Of a stretch of DNA of 64,000 nt, positions 1 to 9,277 are shown in pieces (position 1 is the stretch's first letter; each line of letters starts with the position of its first letter). The translations under genes were made by a program, and so were the position numbers. The notes under the pieces are model-generated. The model had not been told where the DNA came from, did not search any database, and worked only from the letters and a program-made list of their open reading frames with translations. This stretch comes from an uncultured Denitrobacterium sp. (GTDB lineage Bacteria > Actinomycetota > Coriobacteriia > Coriobacteriales > Eggerthellaceae), in assembly GCA_905236045.1 (NCBI GenBank), contig CAJOOG010000078.1, positions 36,099-100,098 of the forward strand. Direction: 5' to 3'.

Positions 1-2383
1 CGCCGTTGCCGTTGAGGGTGACGATGTAGCCGCTGTAGACGGCGTAGAGCGTGACGTCGCTCTTGACGGTGTAGGTGGTGCTGGCGGTTCCTCCGCTGAC
101 GCTGAGCACGACCTTGCTGCCCTTCTTGTCGGTGGCCCAGCCGGTGGCGCTGTAGCCGTTCAGGCGGGCGTAGGAGAAGGGGTAGGAGCTACCCGAGACC
201 GAGGAGTTCTTGGCGGCGGAGGTGTAGGTGATGGTCGTGCTGCCGGTGGTGAATACGCCTTGCTTGTCGGCGTCGGTGTCGGCCACCAGCGTGATGGTGG
301 GGTTCTTTACCCAGACGGCCAGGAACGTGGTGTCGCCCGTGGGCTTGTAGGCGGTGTTGGTCGATTTCACGCGCACGCCGGTGGAGGTCTTCCAGCCGCT
401 CTGCGTGTAGCCGGTACGCGAGAAGGACTGGCTGGAGGCGGAGACGGTACCGCCCTTCGCGACCGTGGAAGTCTTGTCGCTGTAGGTCGAGTCGTCGTAG
501 TTGGCCTTCCAGGTGAGGGTGTAGGTGCCCAGCCATTTGGCGTAGAGCGTTACCGACTTCGTTATCTTCAGCTTGTTGCTGGAGCTGGTGTCGGCGGGGA
601 AGCGGGTCTTGCCCTTGCCGTCCGCCCGGGTGTTCCAACCGCCGAAGATCTTGCCGGTAGGCGCGGTCAGATAGGTGGTCGTGCTCATGGTGGCCAGCGT
701 ATTCCCGTCGGTGAAGCCGCCGGTGCTGTACTTCAGGTACTGGCTCTTCTCCAGATAGGTGACGATGTATTTGGGCGCGGCGCCGTCCACGGAGAAGGTG
801 CCGCCGTTGCTGTAGAACTTCACGGCGTAGGGGGCGCTGGCCCAGACGGCGTAGAAGGTGATGTTCTTCGTGGGCTTGTAAGAGCTGCTGTCCACCAGCA
901 CGCGGTGCTTGCCCTTCTTGTCGGTGGCCCAGCCCATGAACCGGTACTTGGCGCGTGTGGGCTCGCTGGGCGAGAGCGTGGCCGCATAGCCGCGGCGCAC
1001 GGAATAGGAGGTCGTGGCGGAGGAGGAGAAGGTGCCGCCGTTGGCGTTGAACTTGACGGTGTAGGTGTTGGCCCACAGCGCGTAGAAGGTGAGGTTGTCC
1101 TTGGTGGGGTAGAAGGTGTAGGTGCCTGCCGAGCTGGTGCAGATGTTGGAGCCGGAGGCCGAGGTGGCCCAGCCCGCGAAGATCTTCCCCGTCTTGGCGG
1201 TGAGCATGGAGCTGTACAGCGAGTAGGAGGTCTCGCTGCTCTTGGTGTAGTCGCGCGTGTAGATGGTGGAGGTGGAGTTCAGGTAAGTGCTGTAGGAGCT
1301 GGTGAAGGTGCCGCCGCCGTTGGCGTAGACCACGACATGGCAGGCGCGGCTCCACAGCGCGTAGTAGGTGAGGTTGTCGTTGATGGTGACGGTGTAGTAG
1401 GTGCCCAGGCTGGTGCCGGAGGGGGAGGTGGACCAGCCGGTGAACGTGTAGCCGCTGCGCGAGACCATGCTCGAGGAGAGGTAGAACGTGCTGCTGCTGC
1501 TGCTGTTGTAGTCGCGCGTGTAGATGGTGGAGTCGCTGTTGAGGTAGGCCGCATAGGTGGTTGAACTGCTGAAAGTGCCGCCGTTGGCGTAGATCTGCAG
1601 GCGGTAGGCGGGAGTCCACAGCACGTAGTAGATGGCATCGTCGCTGAAGGTGACTACGTAGCTCGTGCTGGTGCTGATAGCGCTGCCGTTGGACGACGTG
1701 GACCATCCCTTGAAATAGTAGCCGTCGCGGGAGACCATGCCCGAGGTGAGGGTGAAGGTCGCGCTGGTGCCGCTCTCGTATTGTTGCGTGTAGATGGTGG
1801 AGTCGCTGTTGAGGTGGTCGCTGTAGGTGCTGCCGAAGGTGCCGCCGTTGGCGTAGACGGTAAGGGTGTAGTAGGTTGCGGTGGAGTCGCCGTCGGTGGA
1901 GTCGCCGTCGGTGCCGTCATCTTCGGCGGTCTGGATGGAGGCGGGGGTGCTCGATTCTGCCTTGCTCGAGCTTTCCGCGGCGCTCGTCGTGCTTGCGGCG
2001 CACGTTGTTGCGCTCGCGGTCGTGCTTGCGGTCTCGGTGGCGCTTGCGCTCGCCGTGCTTTCAGTCTCGCTTGGCGTTGCGGTTGCGGTTGCGCTCGCGT
2101 CCGCCGTCGCGCTCGTCGCCGTGTTCGCGTCCGCTGCGCTCGCCGCGTCCGCAGCCGCGCTCGCGGAGGCTCGTGCCGTGTTCGAGGCTTTTTCAGTGGA
2201 GCTTGCCTTGGTCGCCTCGACCTGTTTCGCAGCGGCGGGGATGGTCTCGCCTGCAGAGTCTGTCGCTGCGAGCGCCTGTGCCGGCAGGGCCGCCCCGCAG
2301 AGCAGCGCGCTTATCGCCAGCGCTGCGATTCCCGCTATCATCTGCAACTTGAAAGGCATCAAAGAATAACGGCCATTGCTCAT
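1..2383 (-). CDS. Secreted multi-repeat surface protein, N-terminal 794 aa only (gene runs off the window start): signal peptide, Ala/Ser/Thr-rich linker, then several Listeria-Bacteroides (InlB B-repeat / Flg_new) modules
   Basis: Absent from the ORF track because no stop lies in the window. Reverse-strand ATG at 2383 gives MSNGRYSLMPFKLQMIAGIAALAISALLCGAALPAQALA (signal peptide). TAS-rich low complexity follows, then repeated modules with ANGGTF...(R/S)xGYxFxGWSTS, e.g. MVSRDGYYFKGWSTSSNGS (around 1690-1738) and MVSRSGYTFTGWSTSPSGT (around 1415-1470). The frame stays open to base 2. Confidence 0.8.
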   Translation of the reverse strand, partial: MSNGRYSLMPFKLQMIAGIAALAISALLCGAALPAQALAATDSAGETIPAAAKQVEATKASSTEKASNTARASASAAADAASAADANTATSATADASATATATPSETESTASASATETASTTASATTCAASTTSAAESSSKAESSTPASIQTAEDDGTDGDSTDGDSTATYYTLTVYANGGTFGSTYSDHLNSDSTIYTQQYESGTSATFTLTSGMVSRDGYYFKGWSTSSNGSAISTSTSYVVTFSDDAIYYVLWTPAYRLQIYANGGTFSSSTTYAAYLNSDSTIYTRDYNSSSSSTFYLSSSMVSRSGYTFTGWSTSPSGTSLGTYYTVTINDNLTYYALWSRACHVVVYANGGGTFTSSYSTYLNSTSTIYTRDYTKSSETSYSLYSSMLTAKTGKIFAGWATSASGSNICTSSAGTYTFYPTKDNLTFYALWANTYTVKFNANGGTFSSSATTSYSVRRGYAATLSPSEPTRAKYRFMGWATDKKGKHRVLVDSSSYKPTKNITFYAVWASAPYAVKFYSNGGTFSVDGAAPKYIVTYLEKSQYLKYSTGGFTDGNTLATMSTTTYLTAPTGKIFGGWNTRADGKGKTRFPADTSSSNKLKITKSVTLYAKWLGTYTLTWKANYDDSTYSDKTSTVAKGGTVSASSQSFSRTGYTQSGWKTSTGVRVKSTNTAYKPTGDTTFLAVWVKNPTITLVADTDADKQGVFTTGSTTITYTSAAKNSSVSGSSYPFSYARLNGYSATGWATDKKGSKVVLSVSGGTASTTYTVKSDVTLYAVYSGYIVTLNGNG

Positions 2384-2616
2384 CGCATGCCCCTTCGACG
2401 AATTCTTCAGCTTCCCTTGCGGTCCCCAGTCTACTCCAGCTAACCCGTTCGGGTCAACTGAGAAGGCCCTCTATGCGGGACTTTCGTGCTCAAAATCCGT
2501 CATTTTCAATAACCTGATCGTTTTTAATTGGAGATAGTTCGAGAAAATGAACCGACGATGCAAAATGCGTGGGGCGATGTAGAATAGAACGGCAACCGAC
2601 GAAAGGGAGACGCGAA

Positions 2617-3054
2617 ATGGCTCAGACGACGAATAGGCTCTCGATTGGCGAGATGTTGCTTGCGGCAGCAGCGCCCCCTCTGCTCTGCGCTGCGATTTTC
2701 GCTGCCGGCATGGCAAGCCCCGCCGCCGACGTCGCGGCCCCCGGGCCGTTCGCCGGCTTGGGGGTGCAGCAGGCCTTCGCCTCTTCCGTTCCCGCGCACC
2801 CCTTCACGCTCTCTGCCGAGGAGGCGCAGACGGCCAATTTCATCAGCGAGCTCGTCCCCGGTCCGCTCTCTAACGGCCCCCTGCTCTTCGAGGACGAGGA
2901 ATTCGACACGATCCCCCTCGTGGAGTACGCGCTCGAAGAGCTGTTCTACTCGGATGACGACATAATCTACCTCGATGAAGATGATTTCGAGGACCTCGAC
3001 GAAGAGGACTTGAGCGAGGACAGCGGTCTTATCCCGCAGTCCGCGGTCAAATAG
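2617..3054 (+). CDS. Hypothetical small protein with a hydrophobic N-terminal segment and a very acidic C-terminus, immediately upstream of pilD
   Basis: ATG at 2617 lies 7 nt after AAGGGAGA. Sequence MAQTTNRLSIGEMLLAAAAPPLLCAAIFAAGMA... ends in ...YSDDDIIYLDEDDFEDLDEEDLSED. No family recognised. Confidence 0.5.
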   Translation: MAQTTNRLSIGEMLLAAAAPPLLCAAIFAAGMASPAADVAAPGPFAGLGVQQAFASSVPAHPFTLSAEEAQTANFISELVPGPLSNGPLLFEDEEFDTIPLVEYALEELFYSDDDIIYLDEDDFEDLDEEDLSEDSGLIPQSAVK

Positions 3055-3164
3055 CCGTGAAGCTCTTCGGCGACGTTGCTCGGATTGCCTTCGAGCGCCT
3101 GCTCGTGGGCGTCGTCTTCTCCCATCCCCTGGGACACGCGCTCAGCTGAACGGATAAGTGCCGC

Positions 3165-3956
3165 ATGGTTTTCGCAAATCCCCTATTCACTGCCTATGTG
3201 CTCGCACTTGCCGGGCTGTGCGGGCTCGTTATGGGCAGCTTCATCAACTGCTGGGCCTGGCGGCTCGTGCATGGCGAATCCATCGTGCGCGGGCGCTCGC
3301 ACTGCACTTCCTGCGGCCACGAGTTGGCCGTCTGTGATTTGGTGCCCGTCTTCAGCTGGCTTGTCTCGCGTGGGAAGTGCCGCTACTGCGGCGAGCGCGT
3401 ATCGGAGCGCTATCCGATATCGGAGGTCGTTTGCAGCCTGGCCTTTATTGCCATCGTCGCGCGCTTCGGCATCACGCTCGAGGCGCTGCAGATGCTGGCT
3501 TTCGCGGGCATCCTGCTGTTTCTGTCGCTGACCGACCTAGACGATCGGATCATCCCGAACGGCTGCATCGTTGCCGCCTTCGCCGTGCGACTGCTCTACC
3601 TATTCGCCTCGTGGGCCATCGAGGGCATCGATATCGGCGCTGCCCTCGTGGAATCGCTCGTGGGCGCTCTCGTGCTCGGCGGGGGCGTGCTTGCGGTATC
3701 GCTCGCGGCCGACCGCGTGCTCGGCCGCGAGAGCATGGGCGGCGGCGATGTGAAGCTGCTGGCGGCGGCGGGTTTCTACTTCGGCTGGCAGCAGGGCCTG
3801 CTGCTGCTGATAATCGCTTGCCTCTTCGGCCTTGTTGCAGGAGCGGTGCGCCGCGAGCGCGTCATCCCCTTCGGCCCCTCCATAGCGGCCGCCTGCCTGG
3901 TCACCATGTTCGCGGGCGCCCCCGTGATAACCTGGTACGCTTCGCTCCTCCTTTAA
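3165..3956 (+). CDS. pilD: Prepilin peptidase / N-methyltransferase (A24 family, PilD)
   Basis: 263 aa and polytopic. Has the Cys-rich N-terminal motif CTSCGHEL...GKCRYCGERVS and the catalytic-type GGGDVKLLAAAG motif of A24 peptidases. Confidence 0.9.
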   Translation: MVFANPLFTAYVLALAGLCGLVMGSFINCWAWRLVHGESIVRGRSHCTSCGHELAVCDLVPVFSWLVSRGKCRYCGERVSERYPISEVVCSLAFIAIVARFGITLEALQMLAFAGILLFLSLTDLDDRIIPNGCIVAAFAVRLLYLFASWAIEGIDIGAALVESLVGALVLGGGVLAVSLAADRVLGRESMGGGDVKLLAAAGFYFGWQQGLLLLIIACLFGLVAGAVRRERVIPFGPSIAAACLVTMFAGAPVITWYASLLL

Positions 3957-4095
3957 GCGGGCGCTCCTGGGGGCACGCGGGCGGCTTGGGGAGTTCAGGC
4001 GCACGTCGCTTAGTTTACTTCGGAAATAGTCGGATGTAGCGTTACAATTGCAGGGTATGCGATACCAACGAAGTACCTAGAGAGAGTGGGATTCC

Positions 4096-5094
4096 TTGAT
4101 AGGCATCGACATCGGCAACAGCAACTGCAAAATCGCCTTCCGCGAAGGGTCGGGCATGCGCCTTATATCGAGCCGCCTGCCCGAGAACATGATGCGCGAT
4201 GGCGAAATGGCCTCCCCCGAGATCATGGCCCAGTTCATCAGGGAGGTACGCACGAGCGAGCGTGTGCGCGATCGTTCGTGTGCGCTGGTTCTGAGTTCCT
4301 CTCAGGCGTATTTCCGCCACGTCACGCTTCCGCCCATGGTCGTGCCGGAGCTTCTGCTGAATTTGCCTTACGAGTTCCGCGACTTCGTTTCCAACGACCC
4401 CGACGACTACGTCTACGATTACGCCGTCGACGAGATAATGCGCGACGAGGAGGGCAACGTCGTGCGCATGGAGCTGTTCGCGGCGGCGGTGTCGAAATCC
4501 CTGGTCGAATCCTACACGACCGTGCTGCGCAAAGCGGGCTTCAAGCTGAAGATGGTCACGCCGGCGCCTATGGCCTATTCGCGCCTCATCCAAACGCACG
4601 CGCAGGAGGTGCCCGCCGCCGCCGACAAGGACATCGTCTTGGTCGATATCGGCTCCGACGACGTCGTCGTCTCGCTGTTCCGCGGTGCCCGCTACGAGGC
4701 CAGCCGCAATCTCGATCTAGGCTGCAGCGAGCTCGACCGGGTAATTGCCGACCTGAAGGGCATCGACCCGTACACGGCGGGCGCTTACAAGTTCTCGAAT
4801 TTCGAGGGGGTGCTCGACGATCCCGAGTGTCTGGCCGTCTGCGAGCACTTCGCCGTCGAGGTCAGCAAAGTCGTGAATTTCTACAACTTCAGCAATCCCG
4901 AACGCGAGATCGAGCAGCTGTGCTTTTTGGGCGGCGGAGCTCTCATCGGGCAGCTCACCCACGCCATCGCGGAGGCGGTTTCGGTGCCGGCGTCCAGCGT
5001 GGAGGCGCTGCTGCCGCCCGAAGCCCGCGGACAGGAGAACTCGCCGGTATGCGCGCTCGCGGTCGCAGGCGTTCTCGAAGGGGGGCTGGCATAG
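4096..5094 (+). CDS. pilM: Type IV pilus assembly protein PilM (actin-like ATPase fold)
   Basis: TTG start. N-terminus MIGIDIGNSNCKIAF matches the actin/HSP70-like phosphate-1 motif. 332 aa, followed directly by two bitopic proteins as in pilMNO. Confidence 0.8.
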   Translation: MIGIDIGNSNCKIAFREGSGMRLISSRLPENMMRDGEMASPEIMAQFIREVRTSERVRDRSCALVLSSSQAYFRHVTLPPMVVPELLLNLPYEFRDFVSNDPDDYVYDYAVDEIMRDEEGNVVRMELFAAAVSKSLVESYTTVLRKAGFKLKMVTPAPMAYSRLIQTHAQEVPAAADKDIVLVDIGSDDVVVSLFRGARYEASRNLDLGCSELDRVIADLKGIDPYTAGAYKFSNFEGVLDDPECLAVCEHFAVEVSKVVNFYNFSNPEREIEQLCFLGGGALIGQLTHAIAEAVSVPASSVEALLPPEARGQENSPVCALAVAGVLEGGLA

Positions 5095-5697
5095 ATGGCC
5101 ATCGATTGGAACAAGGAGATCACGTTCGCGGGGCTGGGCAAGAAGCGGCCCGCGGCGAAGGCGGTCTATCCCGAGAAGACCTACATGAACCTGGTAGTGC
5201 GTGACAAGGTTTCGCTCGACGTGCGCCGCGTAGTCCTGCTGGCCGCGTTCCTCGTCGTCTTCGTCGCCTTGTTCGCGAAGTTCGGCGTGTGGGATTTCTT
5301 CGACCGCGTGAACCAGGGGCGGGCACAGCTTGCCCAAGAGGAAGTCGCGCTTTCGCAGCTGGAGGACGACTTGCAGAATTACGGCGCCGTGCAGGAGGAA
5401 TACGAATCCTTTGATTCGAACGCGGTGGGGGACGGCGACACCGTGGGCGCTCTCGACGCGCTCGCCCTCGTGGAGGGCTCCATCCGTTCGTCGGCCACCA
5501 TCGTCGAGGCCACCTACGAGTCGAACACGCTCTCCCTCGATCTTACCGACATCACGCTCGATTCGGTGGGCGAGCTGGCGGGCGCCCTCAAGGCGCAGCC
5601 GATCGTCAGCGACGTTTTGGTTTCGACGGCTACCAACCAAGGCAAATCGACTACCGGCGTGACGGCCACCATGGTCATCACGCTGCAGAAAGCATAG
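5095..5697 (+). CDS. pilN: PilN-like bitopic pilus alignment protein
   Basis: Start abuts the pilM stop. Short cytoplasmic N-terminus with YMNLVV (resembles the INLLP PilM-binding motif), one TM (VVLLAAFLVVFVALF), a coiled-coil and then an alpha/beta region. Assigned by topology and position. Confidence 0.6.
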   Translation: MAIDWNKEITFAGLGKKRPAAKAVYPEKTYMNLVVRDKVSLDVRRVVLLAAFLVVFVALFAKFGVWDFFDRVNQGRAQLAQEEVALSQLEDDLQNYGAVQEEYESFDSNAVGDGDTVGALDALALVEGSIRSSATIVEATYESNTLSLDLTDITLDSVGELAGALKAQPIVSDVLVSTATNQGKSTTGVTATMVITLQKA

Positions 5698-5707
5698 GGG
5701 GCAGGGC

Positions 5708-6328
5708 ATGCTGACATACACGCTATCGCGACGGGAAAAGGCCCTGCTCCTCGTCTTTGCCGTCTTCCTGCTCGCCATCATCTGGTACCATTTCGTCTTC
5801 GTCGCCTCCACCAATCAGAAGACGGAGTTAGACAGCCAGATCGCCACGGTGCAGACCCAGCAGCAGATCGCGCGCAAGAAGATCGCGAACATGAAGAGCA
5901 TGCAGAAGACCATCGACCAATGCAAGGCCGAGGGCGTGAAGCCGAAAATCATCCCGGAGTATGACAACATCCGCCTTCTGACGGCCGAATTGAACAGCGT
6001 CCTCGCCGCGACGGAGTCCTACACGATCTCGTTTCCCGAGCTGAACAAGGGCGAAAGCTACCTGGAGCGCAGCGTGGATATCGTCTACGGCTGCAGTTCG
6101 TATGAAGCGGCGGAGGAGATCGTGAACACGTTGGCGAACGGGAGCTACCCATGTTCGATTGGGGCGGTCTCCATCGTGGACACCTCGGCTCGCACGGACG
6201 GCTCTTCGTCTACCCGCGGGTTGGTCGCGGGCTCGAACGTCTCCGTGTCCCTGTCTGTGACGTATTACGAGAAGCTTGCGGACGAGGAAGCGACCACGAC
6301 CGCCGCGAGCGATTCGAGCGCCAGCTAG
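5708..6328 (+). CDS. pilO: PilO-like bitopic pilus alignment protein
   Basis: 206 aa with an N-terminal TM (ALLLVFAVFLLAIIWYHFVF), a coiled-coil (QKTELDSQIATVQTQQQIARKKI) and a C-terminal alpha/beta domain. Follows the pilN-like gene. Assigned by topology and position. Confidence 0.55.
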   Translation: MLTYTLSRREKALLLVFAVFLLAIIWYHFVFVASTNQKTELDSQIATVQTQQQIARKKIANMKSMQKTIDQCKAEGVKPKIIPEYDNIRLLTAELNSVLAATESYTISFPELNKGESYLERSVDIVYGCSSYEAAEEIVNTLANGSYPCSIGAVSIVDTSARTDGSSSTRGLVAGSNVSVSLSVTYYEKLADEEATTTAASDSSAS

Positions 6329-6365
6329 CGGGCTGCGGCTGTTGCGAGCCGCGCCGTCAGCGAGA

Positions 6366-6395
6366 AAAGGGCCGCATCCGAGGATGCGGCCCTTT
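6366..6395. terminator. Bidirectional intrinsic terminator between convergent pilO and the major pilin gene
   Basis: Perfect hairpin AAAGGGCCGCATC-cgag-GATGCGGCCCTTT. On the minus strand it is followed by TTTTCTCG and on the plus strand by TTTGG. Confidence 0.75.
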
Positions 6396-6425
6396 GGCGG
6401 AATCGAAAGCGCTTGCGCGAGCTGC

Positions 6426-6812
6426 TTAGCCGAAGGTGCGTGCGGTTTGGCCGTTTGTTTCTAACGTGACCGACGGCGCTGCGTTTCCGGGGATGCTGAT
6501 TGTCAGATTCGTGCACACATCCGAGAAGGTATAAGTAGTGCCATCGTAGGTAACTGTTCCCGCGCCGGACAGGCTGGTCGGGTTCGGTGCCGTGTCGATG
6601 CTGTCCAGCTGGTAGTCGGCTGCCAGCTGCGCATACAGCGCCCGCGCATTCGCCTCGTCGGTGGCGGCTTTCGCGGCGTTCAGCTGGCTGGTGAAGATGG
6701 GAATCGCTATGGCGATGAGGATGGCGATAATCGCGATGACGATAAGCATCTCCATGAGGGTGAAGCCCTTCTCGCCGCGGGCTTCGAGTTGCTCTTTGCG
6801 AGCCTTCAGCAT
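6426..6812 (-). CDS. pilA: Major type IV prepilin (128 aa precursor, about 112 aa mature)
   Basis: MLKARKEQLEARGEKG|FTLMEMLIVIAIIAILIAIAIPIF is a class III signal with G-1, F+1 and E+5. AGGAGG lies about 15 nt upstream of the ATG at 6812. The upstream part of track ORF 6426..6875 was discarded. The gene has its own promoter and terminator. Confidence 0.9.
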   Translation of the reverse strand: MLKARKEQLEARGEKGFTLMEMLIVIAIIAILIAIAIPIFTSQLNAAKAATDEANARALYAQLAADYQLDSIDTAPNPTSLSGAGTVTYDGTTYTFSDVCTNLTISIPGNAAPSVTLETNGQTARTFG

Positions 6813-6886
6813 GTCTAACACGGGAAACCTCCTACTGGATAAAGGGAACATTATGGCTGCGTTTCCTGCGCACAAGAGTATAGCCC

Positions 6887-6915
6887 TGTCATTTCATGCG
6901 TTCAACTGGTAGAAG
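6887..6915 (-). promoter_or_regulatory. Sigma-70-type promoter for the major pilin gene
   Basis: Minus strand reads TTGAAC (6915-6910), a 17-nt spacer, then TATACT (6892-6887), about 75 nt upstream of the pilin ATG. Confidence 0.6.
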
Positions 6916-6929
6916 GTGGAATTCTTTCC

Positions 6930-8159
6930 CTAGGCGATACTTCCGTACATGGAGAACATGGGCAGGTAGACGCTCAGGAGCAAGACGAAGACGATGACGG
7001 CGAGGATGACGATGATAATCGGCTCGAGCACCGACATGGCCCGCGCCGAGGCCGTCTCGACCTCGTTGTCGTAGTATTCCGCGATGACTTCCATCGTGGT
7101 CTCGAGCGCACCGGTCTGCTCGCCTACGGCAGTCATCTCGATGGCCAGCTCAGGCATGGTGCCCTCGGCTTTCAAACACGATGCCAGCGGCTTGCCGGCC
7201 TCCAGCTCGGGCAGGGTGTTCTCCAACGAATGCGCCATGTAGTAATTGCTCATGGAGCGCGCCGTCACGCCCACCGCACGAACTATGGGCAGGCCGGCGG
7301 ACATCATCACGCTCATGGTGCCGGCGTACTCGCTCGCCGCGTTCATCAGGTTGATGCGCCCGATTACCGGCAGTTGCGTGTTGAGCCCGGGGATGCGAAT
7401 GCCCAGCTGCGACCAGAACAGACGGAAGCGATCGTTGCGCTTGCCGAGCTTCACCCCGATGATCGCGGCCAGCACGACGAGCGCCACGAGCCACCACCAG
7501 TTCACCCAGAAGTCCGAGCTATCGATGACGAACTGCGTGATGGCGGGCATGTCGCCGCCGAGCGATTCGAAGGTGGATTTGAAGACCGGCACGGCGAAGA
7601 TCATGATGATGGCCACGACGAGCACGGCGATGACCATGACGAAGGTGGGGTAGATCATCGCGCTCTTCACCTTGGCCTTGGTGCGGCTGACCGTCTCGTA
7701 GTAGGTTTTCAGGCGCCGGAAGACCGTCTCCAGCGAACCGGATTCCTCGCCGGCGCGAATCGACTCGATGAACGTGGTGGGCAGCCCGTCGCCGTTCTTC
7801 TCCAGACTGTCGGCCAGGCTGTAGCCGGCGGCCACGTCGTCGGCGGCATCCTCCAGGATGCTCCGGAGCGTCTTGTCCTCGGTCTGCGAGGCTATCAGCT
7901 GCAGCGTGCGCACGATGGGCAGGCCGGCCTGCAGCAGGATGGCGAACTGGTTGCACGTGACGGAGAGCGACTTCTCCTTGGTCTTCTTGGAGCCGAGGCG
8001 CAGGTCGATGTCCTGTGTGCCGCCCACTTCCTCCAGGGTTTCGACGATGAGCTCGTCGTCGCGCAGGCGAAGGAGCGCCTCGCTTTTCGTGTTGGCCTCG
8101 GCGACGCCGGTGATCCGGTTGCCGGTGGCCGATCGGGCGGTGTATTCGAAGGTTTTCAC
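6930..8159 (-). CDS. pilC: Type IV pilus platform protein PilC (GspF/T2SSF family)
   Basis: 409 aa with a duplicated T2SSF-type domain and three TM segments, e.g. FAILLQAGLPIVRTL and MSVMMSAGLPIVRAV in the two halves. Confidence 0.9.
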   Translation of the reverse strand: MKTFEYTARSATGNRITGVAEANTKSEALLRLRDDELIVETLEEVGGTQDIDLRLGSKKTKEKSLSVTCNQFAILLQAGLPIVRTLQLIASQTEDKTLRSILEDAADDVAAGYSLADSLEKNGDGLPTTFIESIRAGEESGSLETVFRRLKTYYETVSRTKAKVKSAMIYPTFVMVIAVLVVAIIMIFAVPVFKSTFESLGGDMPAITQFVIDSSDFWVNWWWLVALVVLAAIIGVKLGKRNDRFRLFWSQLGIRIPGLNTQLPVIGRINLMNAASEYAGTMSVMMSAGLPIVRAVGVTARSMSNYYMAHSLENTLPELEAGKPLASCLKAEGTMPELAIEMTAVGEQTGALETTMEVIAEYYDNEVETASARAMSVLEPIIIVILAVIVFVLLLSVYLPMFSMYGSIA

Positions 8160-8217
8160 GTGGGGCCTTTCTGGGTGGGTCGCCTACGCGGGCGGGTCGC
8201 GTGGACGGGGTCGGGGC

Positions 8218-9267
8218 TTAACGCGCGGAGCGCTTCACGTACTCGGGGTCGCGCGCGGCCTGGATGGCCGTTTCGCGGCTGATGGCACGCGAACGCACCA
8301 TCTGGATGAGCATGTTGTCCATGGTGATCGATCCCAGCTCGGCCGTGGTCGCAAGCGTGTTCTCGATCTGGGGGGTCTTGCCCTCGCGGATGAGGTTGCG
8401 GATGGCGTGGTTCACGATCATGACCTCGCAGGCCACGGAACGCCCGCCGCCCGGACGGGGGAGGAGCTGCTGCGAGAGCGCCGCTACCAGCGTCATGGAG
8501 AGCTGCAGGCGGATCTGGCGTTGCCGACCCTCGGGGAACACGTCCACCAGGCGGTCGACCGAGTCGGCGGCGGACTGGGTGTGCAGCGTGCCGAAGACGA
8601 GGTGTCCGGTCTCGGCGGCGGTGAGCGCCGTCTCGATGGTATCGAGGTCGCGCATCTCGCCGATGAGGATGACGTCGGGGTCTTCACGCAAAATGGCGCG
8701 CAGGCCGTCGGCGTAGCTCTGGGTGTCCCTGCCTATCTCGCGCTGGTCGATGCTGCACTTGTCGGGGGCGTAGACGTATTCGATGGGGTCCTCGAGCGTG
8801 ATGATGTGGTCGGGGCGCGTGCGGTTGATTTCGTTGAGGATGGAGGCCAGCGTGGTGGACTTGCCGGAGCCGGTCTCGCCGGTGACGAGCACGATGCCCT
8901 TCTGGTAGCGCGGGAAATCCAAGACAATGGGCGGAAGGCCCAGCTGGTCGAGCTGCGGAATCGTGTTGGACAGTAGGCGGATGGCCAGGCAGGCGCCGCG
9001 CATGGAGCGGTAGATGTTCAGGCGGCAGCGCACGTGGCCGGCGTAGGTGTCGGCCATGTCGAGCTCGCCTATGCGCTCGATTGCGGAGTAAGCGTCGCCG
9101 GCCGCTTCGCTTGCGATGGCCTCGGCGTCCTCGAACGTGACGACCTGCTCGCTCAGGTCCTCCAGCTTACCGTCCACGCGTAGGCGGATGGGAACGCCCG
9201 GGGCGATGTGCACGTCGGATGCCCCGCGCTCTTCGGCCTTTGTGACGATGGTGTCCATAAGTCCCAT
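8218..9267 (-). CDS. pilT: Type IV pilus retraction ATPase PilT
   Basis: 349 aa. Walker A GETGSGKSTT, Asp box/Walker B DPDVILIGEMRD, His box TGHLVFGTLHT. Short PilT-type N-terminus (ASDVHIAPGVPIRLRVDG) without the GspE N-domain. Confidence 0.9.
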   Translation of the reverse strand: MGLMDTIVTKAEERGASDVHIAPGVPIRLRVDGKLEDLSEQVVTFEDAEAIASEAAGDAYSAIERIGELDMADTYAGHVRCRLNIYRSMRGACLAIRLLSNTIPQLDQLGLPPIVLDFPRYQKGIVLVTGETGSGKSTTLASILNEINRTRPDHIITLEDPIEYVYAPDKCSIDQREIGRDTQSYADGLRAILREDPDVILIGEMRDLDTIETALTAAETGHLVFGTLHTQSAADSVDRLVDVFPEGRQRQIRLQLSMTLVAALSQQLLPRPGGGRSVACEVMIVNHAIRNLIREGKTPQIENTLATTAELGSITMDNMLIQMVRSRAISRETAIQAARDPEYVKRSAR

Positions 9268-9277
9268 GGCTGTCTCC

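Noticed and set aside
189-1706. Track ORFs 189..1706 (-) and 260..1564 (+), plus the small ORFs at 1279..2443
   Set aside because: They have His/Arg/Gln-rich or Gly/Val-rich composition. The real frame is the unlisted minus-strand frame open from 2383 to the window edge, which encodes regular InlB B-repeat modules.
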